From Vulcanimicrobiota bacterium (GTDB lineage Bacteria > Vulcanimicrobiota > Vulcanimicrobiia > Vulcanimicrobiales > Vulcanimicrobiaceae), in NCBI GenBank assembly GCA_963733295.1, contig CAVTCS010000003.1, positions 832,001-896,000 of the forward strand: 64,000 bases of DNA, written 5' to 3'. Under the pieces are notes generated by a model that searched no databases, had not been told where the DNA came from, and saw only the letters and a program-made list of their open reading frames with translations. This document shows, one piece after another, positions 1 through 10,873 of the stretch. A program made the translations under genes and the position numbers. The stretch's first letter is position 1; each line of letters opens with the position of its first letter.

Positions 1-272
1 CACGACTCGCGAGTCGAGGTCGCGAGGTCGACCCCGCCGCCCGAGCGCGTGGAATCGAGGACGATCAGACGGCAGGGATGCTTGTCTGCAACCCGCATCG
101 CGCGCTCGAGCACCCATTCCCGGTGCGCCGGGTCGTCGACGAAGACGACGAAATTGAGCGTCGCCACGCGGGGAGCTATGCCTTGTTCGCCGGCGGCGGC
201 GTTTTGGCGGATGCGACGGAGTTCTTCGAGGATCGGCGAGATGTCCTCGATCGAGTCGACGTGCGCCGACAT
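1..272 (-). CDS. opcA: Glucose-6-phosphate dehydrogenase assembly protein OpcA (N-terminal part; runs off window)
   Basis: ATG at 272 directly after the zwf stop; manual translation MSAHVDSIEDISPILEELRRIRQ...ATLNFVVFVDD...KHPCRLIVLD matches the OpcA N-terminus; zwf-opcA synteny. Confidence 0.8.
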   Translation of the reverse strand, partial: MSAHVDSIEDISPILEELRRIRQNAAAGEQGIAPRVATLNFVVFVDDPAHREWVLERAMRVADKHPCRLIVLDSTRSGGGVDLATSTRES

Positions 273-1856
273 TTAGATGCGCCTCCATTCGCGGCCGTCC
301 GCAATCAGCAAGGCATCTGCACTCTGCGGACCCTGGCTGCCGGCCAGATAATTGGGGAAATCGGTGGCGGGCGACGAGGCCCAGCGTGTCATGATCGGCG
401 TCACCGCCTCCCAAGCGCGTTCGACTGCATCCCAGCGGGTGAAAAGCGTCGCGTCGCCGCGCATCGCGTCCCCTATCAAACGCTCGTATGCGGGCGCCGA
501 CACGACGCCGAATCCGGTACCGTAGTCGAAGTCCATCGTCACCGACCGGATGTGCATCTTGGCGCCGGGAACCTTCGCGTTGAACTTGATCGAGATGCCT
601 TCGTCGGGTTCGATCTTCATGACGAGCGTGTTGGGCTCGATCGAATCTTGGCCTTCGCCGAAGATCCGGTGGGGAATGCGCCTGAAGGTCACGGCGATTT
701 CGGAGTTCTTCCGGGCTAGACGCTTGCCGCTGCGTAAGTAGAAGGGCACGTCGGCCCAGCGCCAATTGTCGATGTAGAACTTCACGGCGGCGTACGTCGG
801 CGTGCTCGAATTCGGGTCGACGCTCGGTTCCTCGCGGTAACCCGGCACCGGCTTGCCTTCGATGAGCCCCGGACCGTATTGTCCGCGCGCCGACATCTTG
901 GGTACCTGATCGACCGTCACGGGACGCAAGGCCGATAGCACCTTGAACTTCTCGTTGCGGATGTCGTCCGCGTTCTGCGAGATCGGCGGTTCCATGGCAA
1001 CGAGCGCGAGCAGGTTGATGACGTGGTTTTGGATCATGTCGCGCAGCGCGCCGGAAGTCTCGTAGTAACCGCCGCGGCCCTCCACGCCGACGGTTTCCGC
1101 CGCGGTGATCTGCACGCAGTCGACGTAGAGCCGGTTCCAGATCGGCTCGAAGATCATGTTGGCGAAGCGCAGCGCCATGATGTCTTGGACCGGTTCTTTG
1201 CCGAGATAGTGGTCGATCCGGTAGACGTGCTTCTCGTCGAAGACCTTCATGACTTCGGCCTGCAAAGCGCGCGCCGACGGGAGATCGGTGCCGAAGGGTT
1301 TCTCGACGATGATGCGCGACCAGCCCGTGGCCTGGTCCTTAGGCCCGAGACCCGCGTTGTTGAGTTGCTGGATGACTTTGGTGAAGACCGAGGGCGGCGT
1401 CGCCAAATAGAAGAGCCGGTTTCCCAACGTCCCGAACTTCTGATCGTTTTCCTCGAGCTGCTGGCGCAGTTTGGTGAACGCACTGGCATCGTCGAAGTCG
1501 CCGCTGATGTAGCTCAGGTGATTGGCGAAGTCGGTCCAGAGGGGATCGCGCGCCGGCCCGCTTCGAGAAAACTGATCGACCGAAGCCTTCATCTGATCGC
1601 GGAACTGTTCGGAAGTCAGAGCGTTGCGCGAGAAGCCGACGATGGCGAAGTTGGTCGGAAGCACGTCGCCGAGCCGCAAGTTGTACATCGCCGGCATCAG
1701 CATGCGTTTCATGAGATCGCCGCTGGCGCCGAAAAAAACGATCGAACACGGGTCGGAGATCCGGTTCGAGTCGAGCCCCTCGCGCAGCGGGTTCGGTGTT
1801 ACGCCGCCCGCGACGCCGTCTGCCGGGCGCTCGAGGGTTTTCAGATCGGTCGTCAT
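273..1856 (-). CDS. zwf: Glucose-6-phosphate 1-dehydrogenase
   Basis: GASGDL NADP-binding motif, RIIVEKPFG, RIDHYLGKE, WRWADVPFYLRSGK. Confidence 0.97.
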   Translation of the reverse strand: MTTDLKTLERPADGVAGGVTPNPLREGLDSNRISDPCSIVFFGASGDLMKRMLMPAMYNLRLGDVLPTNFAIVGFSRNALTSEQFRDQMKASVDQFSRSGPARDPLWTDFANHLSYISGDFDDASAFTKLRQQLEENDQKFGTLGNRLFYLATPPSVFTKVIQQLNNAGLGPKDQATGWSRIIVEKPFGTDLPSARALQAEVMKVFDEKHVYRIDHYLGKEPVQDIMALRFANMIFEPIWNRLYVDCVQITAAETVGVEGRGGYYETSGALRDMIQNHVINLLALVAMEPPISQNADDIRNEKFKVLSALRPVTVDQVPKMSARGQYGPGLIEGKPVPGYREEPSVDPNSSTPTYAAVKFYIDNWRWADVPFYLRSGKRLARKNSEIAVTFRRIPHRIFGEGQDSIEPNTLVMKIEPDEGISIKFNAKVPGAKMHIRSVTMDFDYGTGFGVVSAPAYERLIGDAMRGDATLFTRWDAVERAWEAVTPIMTRWASSPATDFPNYLAGSQGPQSADALLIADGREWRRI

Positions 1857-1891
1857 CGGCTTAAGCGCTCCATTACATTACGGTTTCCAGA

Positions 1892-4714
1892 TTAGGCTTT
1901 GACCAGCAGGGCATCCTGGATTGCGTCCAAGAGCGCCGCCAAACCTTGCTCGACCGGAACCTTCAACGCGATTCGCGCTCCGCGGCGCCGGCGGTCGTCG
2001 AGCGATTTGAAATCACCGAGAGCCTGCGCGTGCAGGAGCGTCGCGAAACTTTCACGTCCCGGGATTGCGAGATCCGTAACCGGCTCGGCGGTCAACTCGA
2101 TGAAAACGCCCGCGTTCGGACCGCCTTTGTGGAGCTGACCGGTCGAATGCAAAAAGCGCGGTCCGAAGCCGGCGGTCGTCGCGACCGCGAGCGCGTTGCG
2201 CACGACGCGGCGGATGTCATCGAGCGCCTGCGCGTTTCGCGGATTCATCTCGAGAAACGCGTTGAAGGCGACGAAGTCGCCGGGTCCGGCCCCTCCAAGA
2301 ATTGCGGCGAGCGCGCTTTGCAAGCTCTCCCCGAGCGCGACGTCGCGCGATCCGGAAAGCGGATAAAGCGCAGCCCACGCCTCTGCGCGGGCCGGCGCGG
2401 GTTCTGGAAACTTGCCGCTCGTTTTGTAGGTGTCGACGATGCTTGCCGCGTTGTCCTTCGATTCTTGTACGTCGGGCTGGTCGAACGCATCGACGCCGAG
2501 GATCGCTCCGGCCGTCACGGTTGCGATCTCCCAAAGCGCGAATTGCCGGCCGAGATCGAGCCGGTCGTTCATGCTCAGCCTCACGACCGGATGTCCGGCG
2601 TTTTCCAACACCTGCAAACGCTTTTCGATGTCGGACGCATCCGCGGCCCCAGCGACGAGCTCGCTCTGCGGTAAACCGTTGCCGACGTAGACGAAGACCC
2701 TATCTTGACCGTAGTCTTCGGGGCTGCCGAGAGGCTCGCCGTCGATCGGGACGATGCCTGTGCCGCTCTTGCCGGTGCTCTCGGCGAGCAGTTGCTCGAC
2801 CCACGCGCCGAAAGCGCCGAGCGCAGGATGCGTCACGATCGTAACTTTGTCGCGGCCGGTTTTCGCGAAGAGTCCGAGCGTGGCGCCGAGGCGTACCGCT
2901 TCGGCCTCGGCGAGCGGCGTCGTGCGCGAATTCGCGGCGAGTTCCGCCAGGCCGCGATCGAGCAGAGCGGCAACGTCGTAACCCGCCAAGGCGCCCGGCA
3001 CGATCCCGGAGTACGACAGCGCCGAATAGCGCGCGCCGACGTTTGGATCGCTCTCGAAAACCCGCCGGAACCCGAAGGGTTGAGCGTCGCGCGCAAGCCA
3101 CGTGCCCGTACCGGTAATCGCAATGAAGTGCTTGCCGGCCGCGTCGGCGCCGACCACTTTGCTCAGCCGATCGAAGAAATACCGAAGGAAAACCTCAGGC
3201 TCGGTCGTGGTCCCGCTTTTCGTAGCTACGATGAAGAGCGTCGTCTCGAGGTCGAGTTTCTGCTCGAGCGCGGCGATCTGGTCGGGGTTGGTGGAATCGA
3301 GGACGTGCAGCTCGGGATAGCCGGCCACCTTTCCGAAAGTCGCGCGCAACGCGCCGGGCGCGAGCGAGTTCCCGCCGACGCCGAGCACGACCACGTGCGC
3401 GAAGCGCTTCGCGCACTCCGCTGCGAAAGAAGTCAAGTCGGCAACGCCTTCGGCAACGTGCGCGGCAGCGTCGAGCCAACCGAGCGGCTGCGCCGGATCG
3501 CTTTTCCAAAGCTTCGCGAGAAAGTCGTCCTGCGCCAGACGTGCCAAAGTCGCATCGAGTTCGAGCGGCGTGCTGCCGCGCGCCGGCGCGATGCGCCGCC
3601 CGTCTCCGCGGACCCGCCGCTTGGTTTCGATCGCGTCGAGAACCGCGGCGTACGAGTCGGCGAACGCCTTCACGCCCTCGACTTGCAGCCGCTGGGTTAC
3701 GTCGAACATCGAGATCTGCGCCGCGGCGAGCTGTTCGAAGACCGAGCGGGCGGCGTCCAGACCGCTTTCGACGCTGTCGGGCCGAATGACGCCGCGCGTC
3801 ATCAGAATGTCGAGGGTGCCGGGAGGAACGGTGTTAACGGTGTTCTTTCCGACGAGCTCTTCGACGTAGAGCAAGTCGGAATAGGCGCGATTTTTGGTTC
3901 CGGTGCTGGCCCAAAGCGGGCGCTGAACGAGGGCGCCCTTGGCGCGCAGCCGCTCGAAGCGCTCGCCTTCGAAAAGACGCTTGTAGCGCTGATAGATCAG
4001 CTTGAGGTTGGCAACGCCCGCTTTGCCGAGGAGGCTCTTCAACTGCGAATGTCCGGCCTCGATGCGCTCCCCGAGCAGCTTATCGACGGCCGTGTCGATG
4101 CGGCTGACGAAGACGCTCGCGACCGAACCGATGCGGTCGATCCGATCGCCCGCCGCACCCCGCACCTCGAGACCTTCTAAATAGGCGACCGCGGCGGCCT
4201 CGTACGTATCCGCTGAAAAGATCAAGGTGACGTTCACGTTGATCCCCGCTCCCACGACCGCCGAAATCGCCGGAATGCCCTCCGGGGTCGCCGGAATCTT
4301 GATCATCACGTTCGGCCGATCGACCGTTCGCCACAGACGCTTGGCGGCTTCAATCGTCGCCTGCGTGTCCCTCGCCAAGAGCGGCGAGACCTCGAGGCTT
4401 ACGAAGCCATCGCGGCCCGAAGTCAGGTCGTAAAGCGGCCGGAATTCGTCGCAAGCGTGCCGGATGTCGTCGATCGCTAGCGCTTCGAATACCTCGACCG
4501 CGCCGCTTTCGGATTCGAAGAGGTCGCGCAGTTGCGCGTCGTAGTCGGTGCTGCTCCCGATCGCCTTCTCGAAGATGGTCGGATTCGAGGTCATGCCGCG
4601 CAAGCCGAGCTCGATCAGCGCGTGCAGTTCGCCTGACGAGAACATGCTGCGCCGGATGTTGTCGAGCCAAACGCTCTGGCCGGCGGCAGCAAGCTGTTGA
4701 AGCTGGACGTTCAC
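1892..4714 (-). CDS. tal-pgi: Bifunctional transaldolase / glucose-6-phosphate isomerase
   Basis: N-terminal transaldolase (GMTSNPTIF, VMIKIPAT, RPLWASTG); C-terminal SIS/PGI (KSGTTTE, QLLAESTGK, FDQPDVQESK, HSTGQLHKGG). Confidence 0.93.
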   Translation of the reverse strand: MNVQLQQLAAAGQSVWLDNIRRSMFSSGELHALIELGLRGMTSNPTIFEKAIGSSTDYDAQLRDLFESESGAVEVFEALAIDDIRHACDEFRPLYDLTSGRDGFVSLEVSPLLARDTQATIEAAKRLWRTVDRPNVMIKIPATPEGIPAISAVVGAGINVNVTLIFSADTYEAAAVAYLEGLEVRGAAGDRIDRIGSVASVFVSRIDTAVDKLLGERIEAGHSQLKSLLGKAGVANLKLIYQRYKRLFEGERFERLRAKGALVQRPLWASTGTKNRAYSDLLYVEELVGKNTVNTVPPGTLDILMTRGVIRPDSVESGLDAARSVFEQLAAAQISMFDVTQRLQVEGVKAFADSYAAVLDAIETKRRVRGDGRRIAPARGSTPLELDATLARLAQDDFLAKLWKSDPAQPLGWLDAAAHVAEGVADLTSFAAECAKRFAHVVVLGVGGNSLAPGALRATFGKVAGYPELHVLDSTNPDQIAALEQKLDLETTLFIVATKSGTTTEPEVFLRYFFDRLSKVVGADAAGKHFIAITGTGTWLARDAQPFGFRRVFESDPNVGARYSALSYSGIVPGALAGYDVAALLDRGLAELAANSRTTPLAEAEAVRLGATLGLFAKTGRDKVTIVTHPALGAFGAWVEQLLAESTGKSGTGIVPIDGEPLGSPEDYGQDRVFVYVGNGLPQSELVAGAADASDIEKRLQVLENAGHPVVRLSMNDRLDLGRQFALWEIATVTAGAILGVDAFDQPDVQESKDNAASIVDTYKTSGKFPEPAPARAEAWAALYPLSGSRDVALGESLQSALAAILGGAGPGDFVAFNAFLEMNPRNAQALDDIRRVVRNALAVATTAGFGPRFLHSTGQLHKGGPNAGVFIELTAEPVTDLAIPGRESFATLLHAQALGDFKSLDDRRRRGARIALKVPVEQGLAALLDAIQDALLVKA

Positions 4715-4719
4715 GTCGC

Positions 4720-6705
4720 TCAGGTCTTCGCGAGCAGTCCCGAGGCGACCGCGGCCACCGCCTCGGCGGTGAAGCCGAGAGCCTTTGCGATTTCGGCCGC
4801 GGGGGCTGAGAAACCGAAACGATCTATCCCGATCGCGATGCCGCGCTCGCCGATCCAGCGGTGCCAGCCGAAAGTCGCGCCCGCCTCGATCGAGACTCGG
4901 GCCGCAACCTCAGCCGGGATCACCGATTCGCGATACGCATCGTCCTGCGCGGCGAAAAGATCCATCGAAGGCATCGACACGACGCGCGTTGCGGTTCCGC
5001 CGGCTTCGAGAAGCTTCGCCGCTTCGACCGCGAGCGAGACTTCCGATCCCGTAGCGATGAGGATGATGTCGGGCTGCTTGTCGCCTCCGCTCAAGACGTA
5101 GGCTCCGCGCGCGATGTCGAAGCTGCGTTCGCCGAGGAACGGCACCTTTTGACGCGTCAACACGATCGTGCTCGGGCCTTCGTGCGCGATCGCGAATTTC
5201 CACGCCTCGAGGGTTTCGAGCGAATCGGCCGGACGGAGCGTCACGAGGTTCGGGGTTGCCCGAAGGGTCGCGAGTTGTTCGATCGGCTGGTGCGTCGGGC
5301 CGTCTTCGCCCAAGAACACCGAGTCGTGAGTAAAGACGAAGATAACCTTCGATTCGCTGAGCGCCGCCAGACGAACCGGCGGTTTCATGTAGTCGACAAA
5401 GTTGAAGAACGTCGCCGTGAACGGAAGATTCCCGCCGTGCGCCGCGATTCCAACCGAGACTGCGCCCATCGCGTGTTCGCGGATACCGTAATGAATGTTG
5501 CGGCCTTCGTAGTTCCCCGGTTCGAAATCGCCGAGACCCTTGAGATAAGTCTTCGTCGAAGGATCCAAGTCTGCCGAGCCGCCGATGAGCTCCGGAAGCT
5601 CTGCGGCGATCGCATTCATCACGGTTCCGCCGGCGTCGCGCGTCGCGACGCCCCCGTTTTCGGCGGTGAAGGCCGGCCAGGGAAGTTTCGCGGGCAGCGT
5701 CCCGGCTTGGGTGCGCTCCCATTGCGCGCGTAGCTGGGGATTCTCGTTCTTCCATGCGGCGAGCGCTGTGTTCCAAGTTTGCTCCGCCACCGCGCCGCGC
5801 GTCCCGCGTTCGCGCCACCACGACATCACCTCGGGAGGCACGTAGAAGTCCGGCTCGAGCGGCCAGTCGAAAAATTCTTTGGTTTTCTTGACGTTGTCGA
5901 CACCCAGCGGTTCGCCGTGCGCCGAAAACGTGTCGGCGCGTGGCGAGCCGTAGCCGATGATCGTGCGAACCGCGATGAGCGAAGGACGCGGGTCGGCTTT
6001 CGCTGCCGCGATAGCCGAGTCGATCGCGAAGACGTCGTTGCCGTCATCGTGCGAGACTTGCTGCGTGTGCCAGCCGTACGCGGCGTAGCGCGCCAGCACG
6101 TCCTCCGTGAAGGTTACCTCGGTCGGAGCTGCGAGCGAGATGTGGTTGTCGTCGTACAGCACGATCAATTTTCCGAGGCGCAGGTGGCCGGCGAGCGACC
6201 CAGACTCAGCCGAAACGCCTTCCATCAGGTCGCCGTCGCTCGCGATGACGTAGGTATGATGGTCCACGATTTTCTGATTTCGATTGTACACGGCGGCGAG
6301 GTGCGCTTCGGCGATCGCGAGCCCGACCGCGTTCGCGACGCCCTGGCCGAGCGGCCCGGTCGTCACCTCGACGCCGGCGGTCATGTGCGACTCGGGGTGG
6401 CCCGGCGTCTTGCTCTCGAACTGCCGGAAATTCTTGAGATCGTCGAGCGTCAGCCCAGCGCCCGTCAAGTAGAGCAGCGAGTAGAGCAGCATCGAGCCGT
6501 GCCCGGCGCTCAGGACGAAACGGTCGCGATCGGGCCACCGCAGATCCGCGGCATTGAACTTGAGATGGTTCGCCCAGATAGCGTAGGCCATCGGCGCCGC
6601 GCCCAGCGGCAGACCGGGATGGCCGGAGTTCGCTTTTTGAACTCCGTCGATCGAGAGCATGCGGATCGCGTTGATGCGCTTCTGGACGTCGCTGTCGGCC
6701 GGCAC
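4720..6705 (-). CDS. tkt: Transketolase
   Basis: [37 protein letters not shown] motifs. Confidence 0.97.
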   Translation of the reverse strand: MPADSDVQKRINAIRMLSIDGVQKANSGHPGLPLGAAPMAYAIWANHLKFNAADLRWPDRDRFVLSAGHGSMLLYSLLYLTGAGLTLDDLKNFRQFESKTPGHPESHMTAGVEVTTGPLGQGVANAVGLAIAEAHLAAVYNRNQKIVDHHTYVIASDGDLMEGVSAESGSLAGHLRLGKLIVLYDDNHISLAAPTEVTFTEDVLARYAAYGWHTQQVSHDDGNDVFAIDSAIAAAKADPRPSLIAVRTIIGYGSPRADTFSAHGEPLGVDNVKKTKEFFDWPLEPDFYVPPEVMSWWRERGTRGAVAEQTWNTALAAWKNENPQLRAQWERTQAGTLPAKLPWPAFTAENGGVATRDAGGTVMNAIAAELPELIGGSADLDPSTKTYLKGLGDFEPGNYEGRNIHYGIREHAMGAVSVGIAAHGGNLPFTATFFNFVDYMKPPVRLAALSESKVIFVFTHDSVFLGEDGPTHQPIEQLATLRATPNLVTLRPADSLETLEAWKFAIAHEGPSTIVLTRQKVPFLGERSFDIARGAYVLSGGDKQPDIILIATGSEVSLAVEAAKLLEAGGTATRVVSMPSMDLFAAQDDAYRESVIPAEVAARVSIEAGATFGWHRWIGERGIAIGIDRFGFSAPAAEIAKALGFTAEAVAAVASGLLAKT

Positions 6706-6814
6706 CGGTTGCCTCTTTTCGAAGGAAATTGCGGACTCGCTCGTTTCGCCGCCGGAGACGCCGTTCCCCGACGCCGCCCGCTTGAGGGCTTCGAACGCTT
6801 TTCAGGCAGGCATT

Positions 6815-7690
6815 TTACCCACGTCGCCGCCCGGAAATCGTCTCTGGTCCAAGATCGAGACCTTCGGAACGCACGCGCAGATCGACGTAGTAAACGACGA
6901 AGAACGCCCACGAAAAAACAAGGTAGAAGAGCTGGACGACTACGGCTACGAGAACGGCGAGGATCGCGACGAGCGGGGGATTCCAGGAAAGAAGCCACGC
7001 GAAGCCGCGCACGGGCAGCTGCGCACAAACAGTCACCATCACGCCGCCTAGTGCGATCAGCGCCCCGTAGACGAATGTCGTACGCGCGTGACCTCCTCCA
7101 ATCGAACGGTCCCAGCCGCGTAACCATGACTCGACGGCTGAACTCCACTCGCCGATACAGCCGACGAATGCGACGCCCCCGACGCACGCCGCGAAGCCGT
7201 ACGCGACAATCAGAGCGAGCAACACGACCATCGTCAAGAAGAACGCGGCCACCTCTCCGTTCGGCGTCGAGAAGAAGGGCGAGGAGAACTGCGGGTTGCT
7301 AAGAGCTGCGAATACGGCGATGGCCGGGACACTTACGACGGTGAAGTACGTCAGCATCAGCAGGCTCAATTGCAGCCACGTCCGCCGAACGCCGGTCAAC
7401 ATTCGCGAAAGGCGTGCGGGACGCCCGAAGTACACGTCGAGCAGGACGGTCACCACTGAGGCGACCCCCGCGACGACCCCCGCGAACAGAAAGAACGATC
7501 CCAGAATCACGGGACCCAGACCCGGCACGTGCGCATGGGTCGAGACGAAAACGATGAGCCAAGCGCCGCCGAATCCAACCGCGATAGCGATCAGTGAGGC
7601 GGCGCCGGCCGGCACGATCGTCCGCATAGCGAGCGATGACGCGCGGTCGACGATTTCTCCGAGCGAGAGCGGCCGGAGCGGCGGCCTCAA
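6815..7690 (-). CDS. Hypothetical polytopic membrane protein (LRPLSLGEIVD...YVDLRVRSEGLD type)
   Basis: C-terminal part of ORF 6815..9013; TTG start overlapping upstream TGA (TTGA); about 6 hydrophobic segments. Confidence 0.7.
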   Translation of the reverse strand: MRPPLRPLSLGEIVDRASSLAMRTIVPAGAASLIAIAVGFGGAWLIVFVSTHAHVPGLGPVILGSFFLFAGVVAGVASVVTVLLDVYFGRPARLSRMLTGVRRTWLQLSLLMLTYFTVVSVPAIAVFAALSNPQFSSPFFSTPNGEVAAFFLTMVVLLALIVAYGFAACVGGVAFVGCIGEWSSAVESWLRGWDRSIGGGHARTTFVYGALIALGGVMVTVCAQLPVRGFAWLLSWNPPLVAILAVLVAVVVQLFYLVFSWAFFVVYYVDLRVRSEGLDLGPETISGRRRG

Positions 7691-8733
7691 GGCAGCTTCG
7701 TGTAGTCGCTCGGGATCTCGAACAGGTTGCGGTCGAGCACACCCAGGGCGTGAACGTTGCCGCGTTCGGTGAGGAACGAAAAGCTCTGTGGCGCGCTGCT
7801 GGGCCGGCCCGAAGCCGCGCCGCCGGACGAACTTAGTGTCATGAGGGAGTACAGGGCCAGCTTGCCCGACGGCTCGGGAGGTCCGCTCGAAGACTCGGTT
7901 ACGGTCGGCCGGCAGCCGCCGCGGGCGACCATCTGTGTTGGTTCGCGCGGGTACGAGCGCGCCGGGGTCGCCGTGAAGTCGACCGGGCAGAGGGCGTGCG
8001 GTTGCACGAAACCGGAGAGATACTGATCGTGCGTCACGCTGAACGAGCCGTTGCGACACGAGCCCGTGGCCTGGCTCATGGCGATCGCGTTCGTGGACGC
8101 AAAGTGCGACGTGTTGATCCCGTCGATCAACATCGTGCCCAGCGCGCGCACGGTGCGCGTCAGAGCGAGGATGCCGCTGCCGGGCGGTTCGGGACTGGCC
8201 GCCGGTGACGGATGACGCGCGGGCCCCGGAACCGGCGCCGCTACGTTTGCGGTGGGCGAGGGCGAGGTATCGACGATGCGATAGGTCTTCTTGTCGAGAT
8301 CCAGCTCGACCAATTGATGCAGGTCGCATTTGCGGATCGTCGCGGTCTTGGCGAGAATGTCGTCGACGCGGGTCCAGCTTCCGTAGAACGAATAGCGCTC
8401 GACGCGACCTTGCGTGAGGCTGGCGAGCTCGGCGAACGCCGGACCGAGCATGCGCGTCATGGCGTTTGAGAGCTGATCGCCCGCGAGGTCGCTGAGGTTT
8501 CCGCTCACGATTGCGCCGATCAGGCCGTGCTTCTTTTTCGGCTCTGGGGACGGGCTCTCGATCGCCGCGACGTCGGCCGCAAACGAGCCCGGCGGCGGCG
8601 GCGTCGCGGGCGCCGCCAAGAGGCGGTCGATTTCGTCGTACTGCATCCCGCTCGACGTCGGAGCGGCGAACGCATAGAGGGTTCCGGCGCCGGCCAGAAA
8701 TGCGAACGAGACGAGCGATAAGAAGCGTTTCAC
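7687..8733 (-). CDS. Secreted hypothetical protein
   Basis: Signal peptide MKRFLSLVSFAFLAGAGTLYAFA; host-like codon usage; C-terminal LFEIPSDY motif. Confidence 0.7.
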   Translation of the reverse strand: MKRFLSLVSFAFLAGAGTLYAFAAPTSSGMQYDEIDRLLAAPATPPPPGSFAADVAAIESPSPEPKKKHGLIGAIVSGNLSDLAGDQLSNAMTRMLGPAFAELASLTQGRVERYSFYGSWTRVDDILAKTATIRKCDLHQLVELDLDKKTYRIVDTSPSPTANVAAPVPGPARHPSPAASPEPPGSGILALTRTVRALGTMLIDGINTSHFASTNAIAMSQATGSCRNGSFSVTHDQYLSGFVQPHALCPVDFTATPARSYPREPTQMVARGGCRPTVTESSSGPPEPSGKLALYSLMTLSSSGGAASGRPSSAPQSFSFLTERGNVHALGVLDRNLFEIPSDYTKLP

Positions 8734-8834
8734 GCCGATCCCAAGTCACCGCAGAAAGGATAGGAGGTCTTTGCGGGCGCCGTGGAGGCCCTCCTTCGGT
8801 AGGAGTTTCGGCGAACCGGATGTACCTCGCGCGG

Positions 8835-9698
8835 ATGGAGCATGGACGAGCGGTCGAATTGCGGGCGCGTATCGAGGCCTTGAGCGCGGACGCAACGGGC
8901 TTGCGTGGTGCAGACGGAGCGGCGGTCGACGAGGTGATCGACGCGCTCGACGTCGGTGCGCTGCGCGTTTGCGAGCCCGAAGCCGGCGCTTGGGTGACCC
9001 ACGCCTGGATCAAGCAGGCGATCTTGCTCTACTTCCGGCGCTGGGACAGCGTCGTCGTCGGGGAGCACAGCTATCCTGAATCTGCGGCACGTTATCGCGC
9101 GCTGCCGCCGAGTTTCTTCGATAAGCTTCCAACGAAGCGCAACTTCGAAGCGCTCGGCGCGCGCTGCGTTCCGCCCGGCGTGGCGCGCTACGGTTCGTTC
9201 ATGGGCCGCGGCTCGATCTTGATGCCGGGCTTCATTAACATCGGCGCCTACGTCGACGAGGGATCGATGGTCGATACGTGGGCCACGGTCGGCTCGTGCG
9301 CGCAGATCGGGAAGGACGTGCACTTGGCGGGCGGCGTCGGCATCGGCGGCGTCCTCGAACCTCCCCAGGCTCAACCGGTGGTTGTCGAAGACGGCGCCTT
9401 CGTCGGTTCGCGCTGCGTCGTCGTGGAGGGAATCTTTGTCGGTCGCGAGGCGGTTTTGGGTGCCGGAGTCGTTTTGACGTCGAGCACGCCGATCGTCGAC
9501 GTCCGCGGTCCGAAGCCGGTCGTGAGCCACGGCCGCATCGAACCGCGTTCGGTCGTCATTCCCGGCTCGCTCCCCAAGGACTTTCCGGCCGGCTCGTTTG
9601 GAGTACCCTGTGCGCTCGTCATCGGCGAACGCACCGCCTCGACCGACCGGAAGACGTCGCTCGAACGGGCAATTCGAGACTACGGAGTTGCACTATGA
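8835..9698 (+). CDS. dapD: 2,3,4,5-tetrahydropyridine-2,6-dicarboxylate N-succinyltransferase
   Basis: WIKQAILLYFR, FFDKLPTK, MVDTWATVGSCAQIG, GGVLEPPQA; start 8835 (or 8820). Confidence 0.95.
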   Translation: MEHGRAVELRARIEALSADATGLRGADGAAVDEVIDALDVGALRVCEPEAGAWVTHAWIKQAILLYFRRWDSVVVGEHSYPESAARYRALPPSFFDKLPTKRNFEALGARCVPPGVARYGSFMGRGSILMPGFINIGAYVDEGSMVDTWATVGSCAQIGKDVHLAGGVGIGGVLEPPQAQPVVVEDGAFVGSRCVVVEGIFVGREAVLGAGVVLTSSTPIVDVRGPKPVVSHGRIEPRSVVIPGSLPKDFPAGSFGVPCALVIGERTASTDRKTSLERAIRDYGVAL

Positions 9699-10861
9699 AC
9701 CCTGCCGTCGAATCCATCGGCGGATCCATCATCCGGGCGCTGCACGCACGGCGCAAACCCGGCTCGATCGACCTCGGTCTCGGCGAACCGACCTTGCCTC
9801 CGAACGTCGCGTACTTCGAGCGCGCCACCGAATGGATAGGCGAACATGGCTGCCGCTATTCGACCAATATCGGTCACGACGACCTGCGCGAGCTGATCGC
9901 AGCGCACTATGCCTATCCGGCGCTCGACGACAAGGCGAACGTCTGCATGATGACTGGTTCGCAAGAAGCGGTCTACGTCGCGATGAAGGCGCTGCTCGAT
10001 CCGGCGCGCGACGAAGTGCTGCTGGTCGAGCCGGCCTTTCCCGTTTACGCGAAAATCGCCCAGGTCGAGGGCATCCATTTGCGCCGGGTGACGATGGATC
10101 CGAGCGACGACTGCGCCTTCGACGCCGAGCGCATTTTGGACGCCCTCGGCCCGCGTACGCGTCTGGTCGTGCTGTGCTCGCCCTGCAATCCGACGGGCCG
10201 GGTCATCTCGAAGGCGGCGGTGGGGCGCATCGCGCAAGCGCTGCTCGCGCGCGAAGGCGCTCCCGTCTACGTTCTGCACGACGAGATCTATCGCGAGCTC
10301 ACGTACAGCGCGGACGCCGGCGAGTTCGGCAAAGTCTATCCATACACCATTGCGGTGAACTCGCTTTCGAAGAGCAACGCCTTAACCGGCTTGCGGATCG
10401 GCTGGCTGATCGCGCCGCGCGACGTGATGCCCGGGATCGTGAAGATGCACGGCTGGGCCACCTCGTGCGCGAGCACGTTCGCGCAGCGCGTCGCCTTTGA
10501 GATCTTCGCGGCAGGCGACCTGCGCGGTCACGCCGAGTGGTACGCCGGCCAGCGTAAGGCCGCGCTCGCCGCGGCGCGTGCCGAGGGGTTGAGGTCGATC
10601 GAACCGGAGGGCGCGTTTTATTTGTGCCTCGAGGTCGGCGCGGAGGATACGCTCGGTTTCGTCGAGCGGCTCATCGACGAGAGCGACGTCGTCGCCATCC
10701 CCGGCCACATCTTTTCGCCCTCGCTGCGCGGCTGGTTGCGGACGAGCTTCGTCGCATCCCCCGACGACATCCGCCGAGGCTACGCTCGCATCGCCGAACT
10801 CGCCGCGAAGGTTCGGGAGGAGCATCGTCCTTCGGAGCTGGCGCCGGGCTTACGTTCGTAA
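9695..10861 (+). CDS. PLP-dependent aminotransferase class I/II (possibly DapC-like by context)
   Basis: LGLGEP, SPCNPTG, HDEIY, NSLSKSNALTGLRIGW; ATGA overlap with dapD. Confidence 0.88.
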   Translation: MNPAVESIGGSIIRALHARRKPGSIDLGLGEPTLPPNVAYFERATEWIGEHGCRYSTNIGHDDLRELIAAHYAYPALDDKANVCMMTGSQEAVYVAMKALLDPARDEVLLVEPAFPVYAKIAQVEGIHLRRVTMDPSDDCAFDAERILDALGPRTRLVVLCSPCNPTGRVISKAAVGRIAQALLAREGAPVYVLHDEIYRELTYSADAGEFGKVYPYTIAVNSLSKSNALTGLRIGWLIAPRDVMPGIVKMHGWATSCASTFAQRVAFEIFAAGDLRGHAEWYAGQRKAALAAARAEGLRSIEPEGAFYLCLEVGAEDTLGFVERLIDESDVVAIPGHIFSPSLRGWLRTSFVASPDDIRRGYARIAELAAKVREEHRPSELAPGLRS

Positions 10862-10873
10862 GCGCCGGATCCG

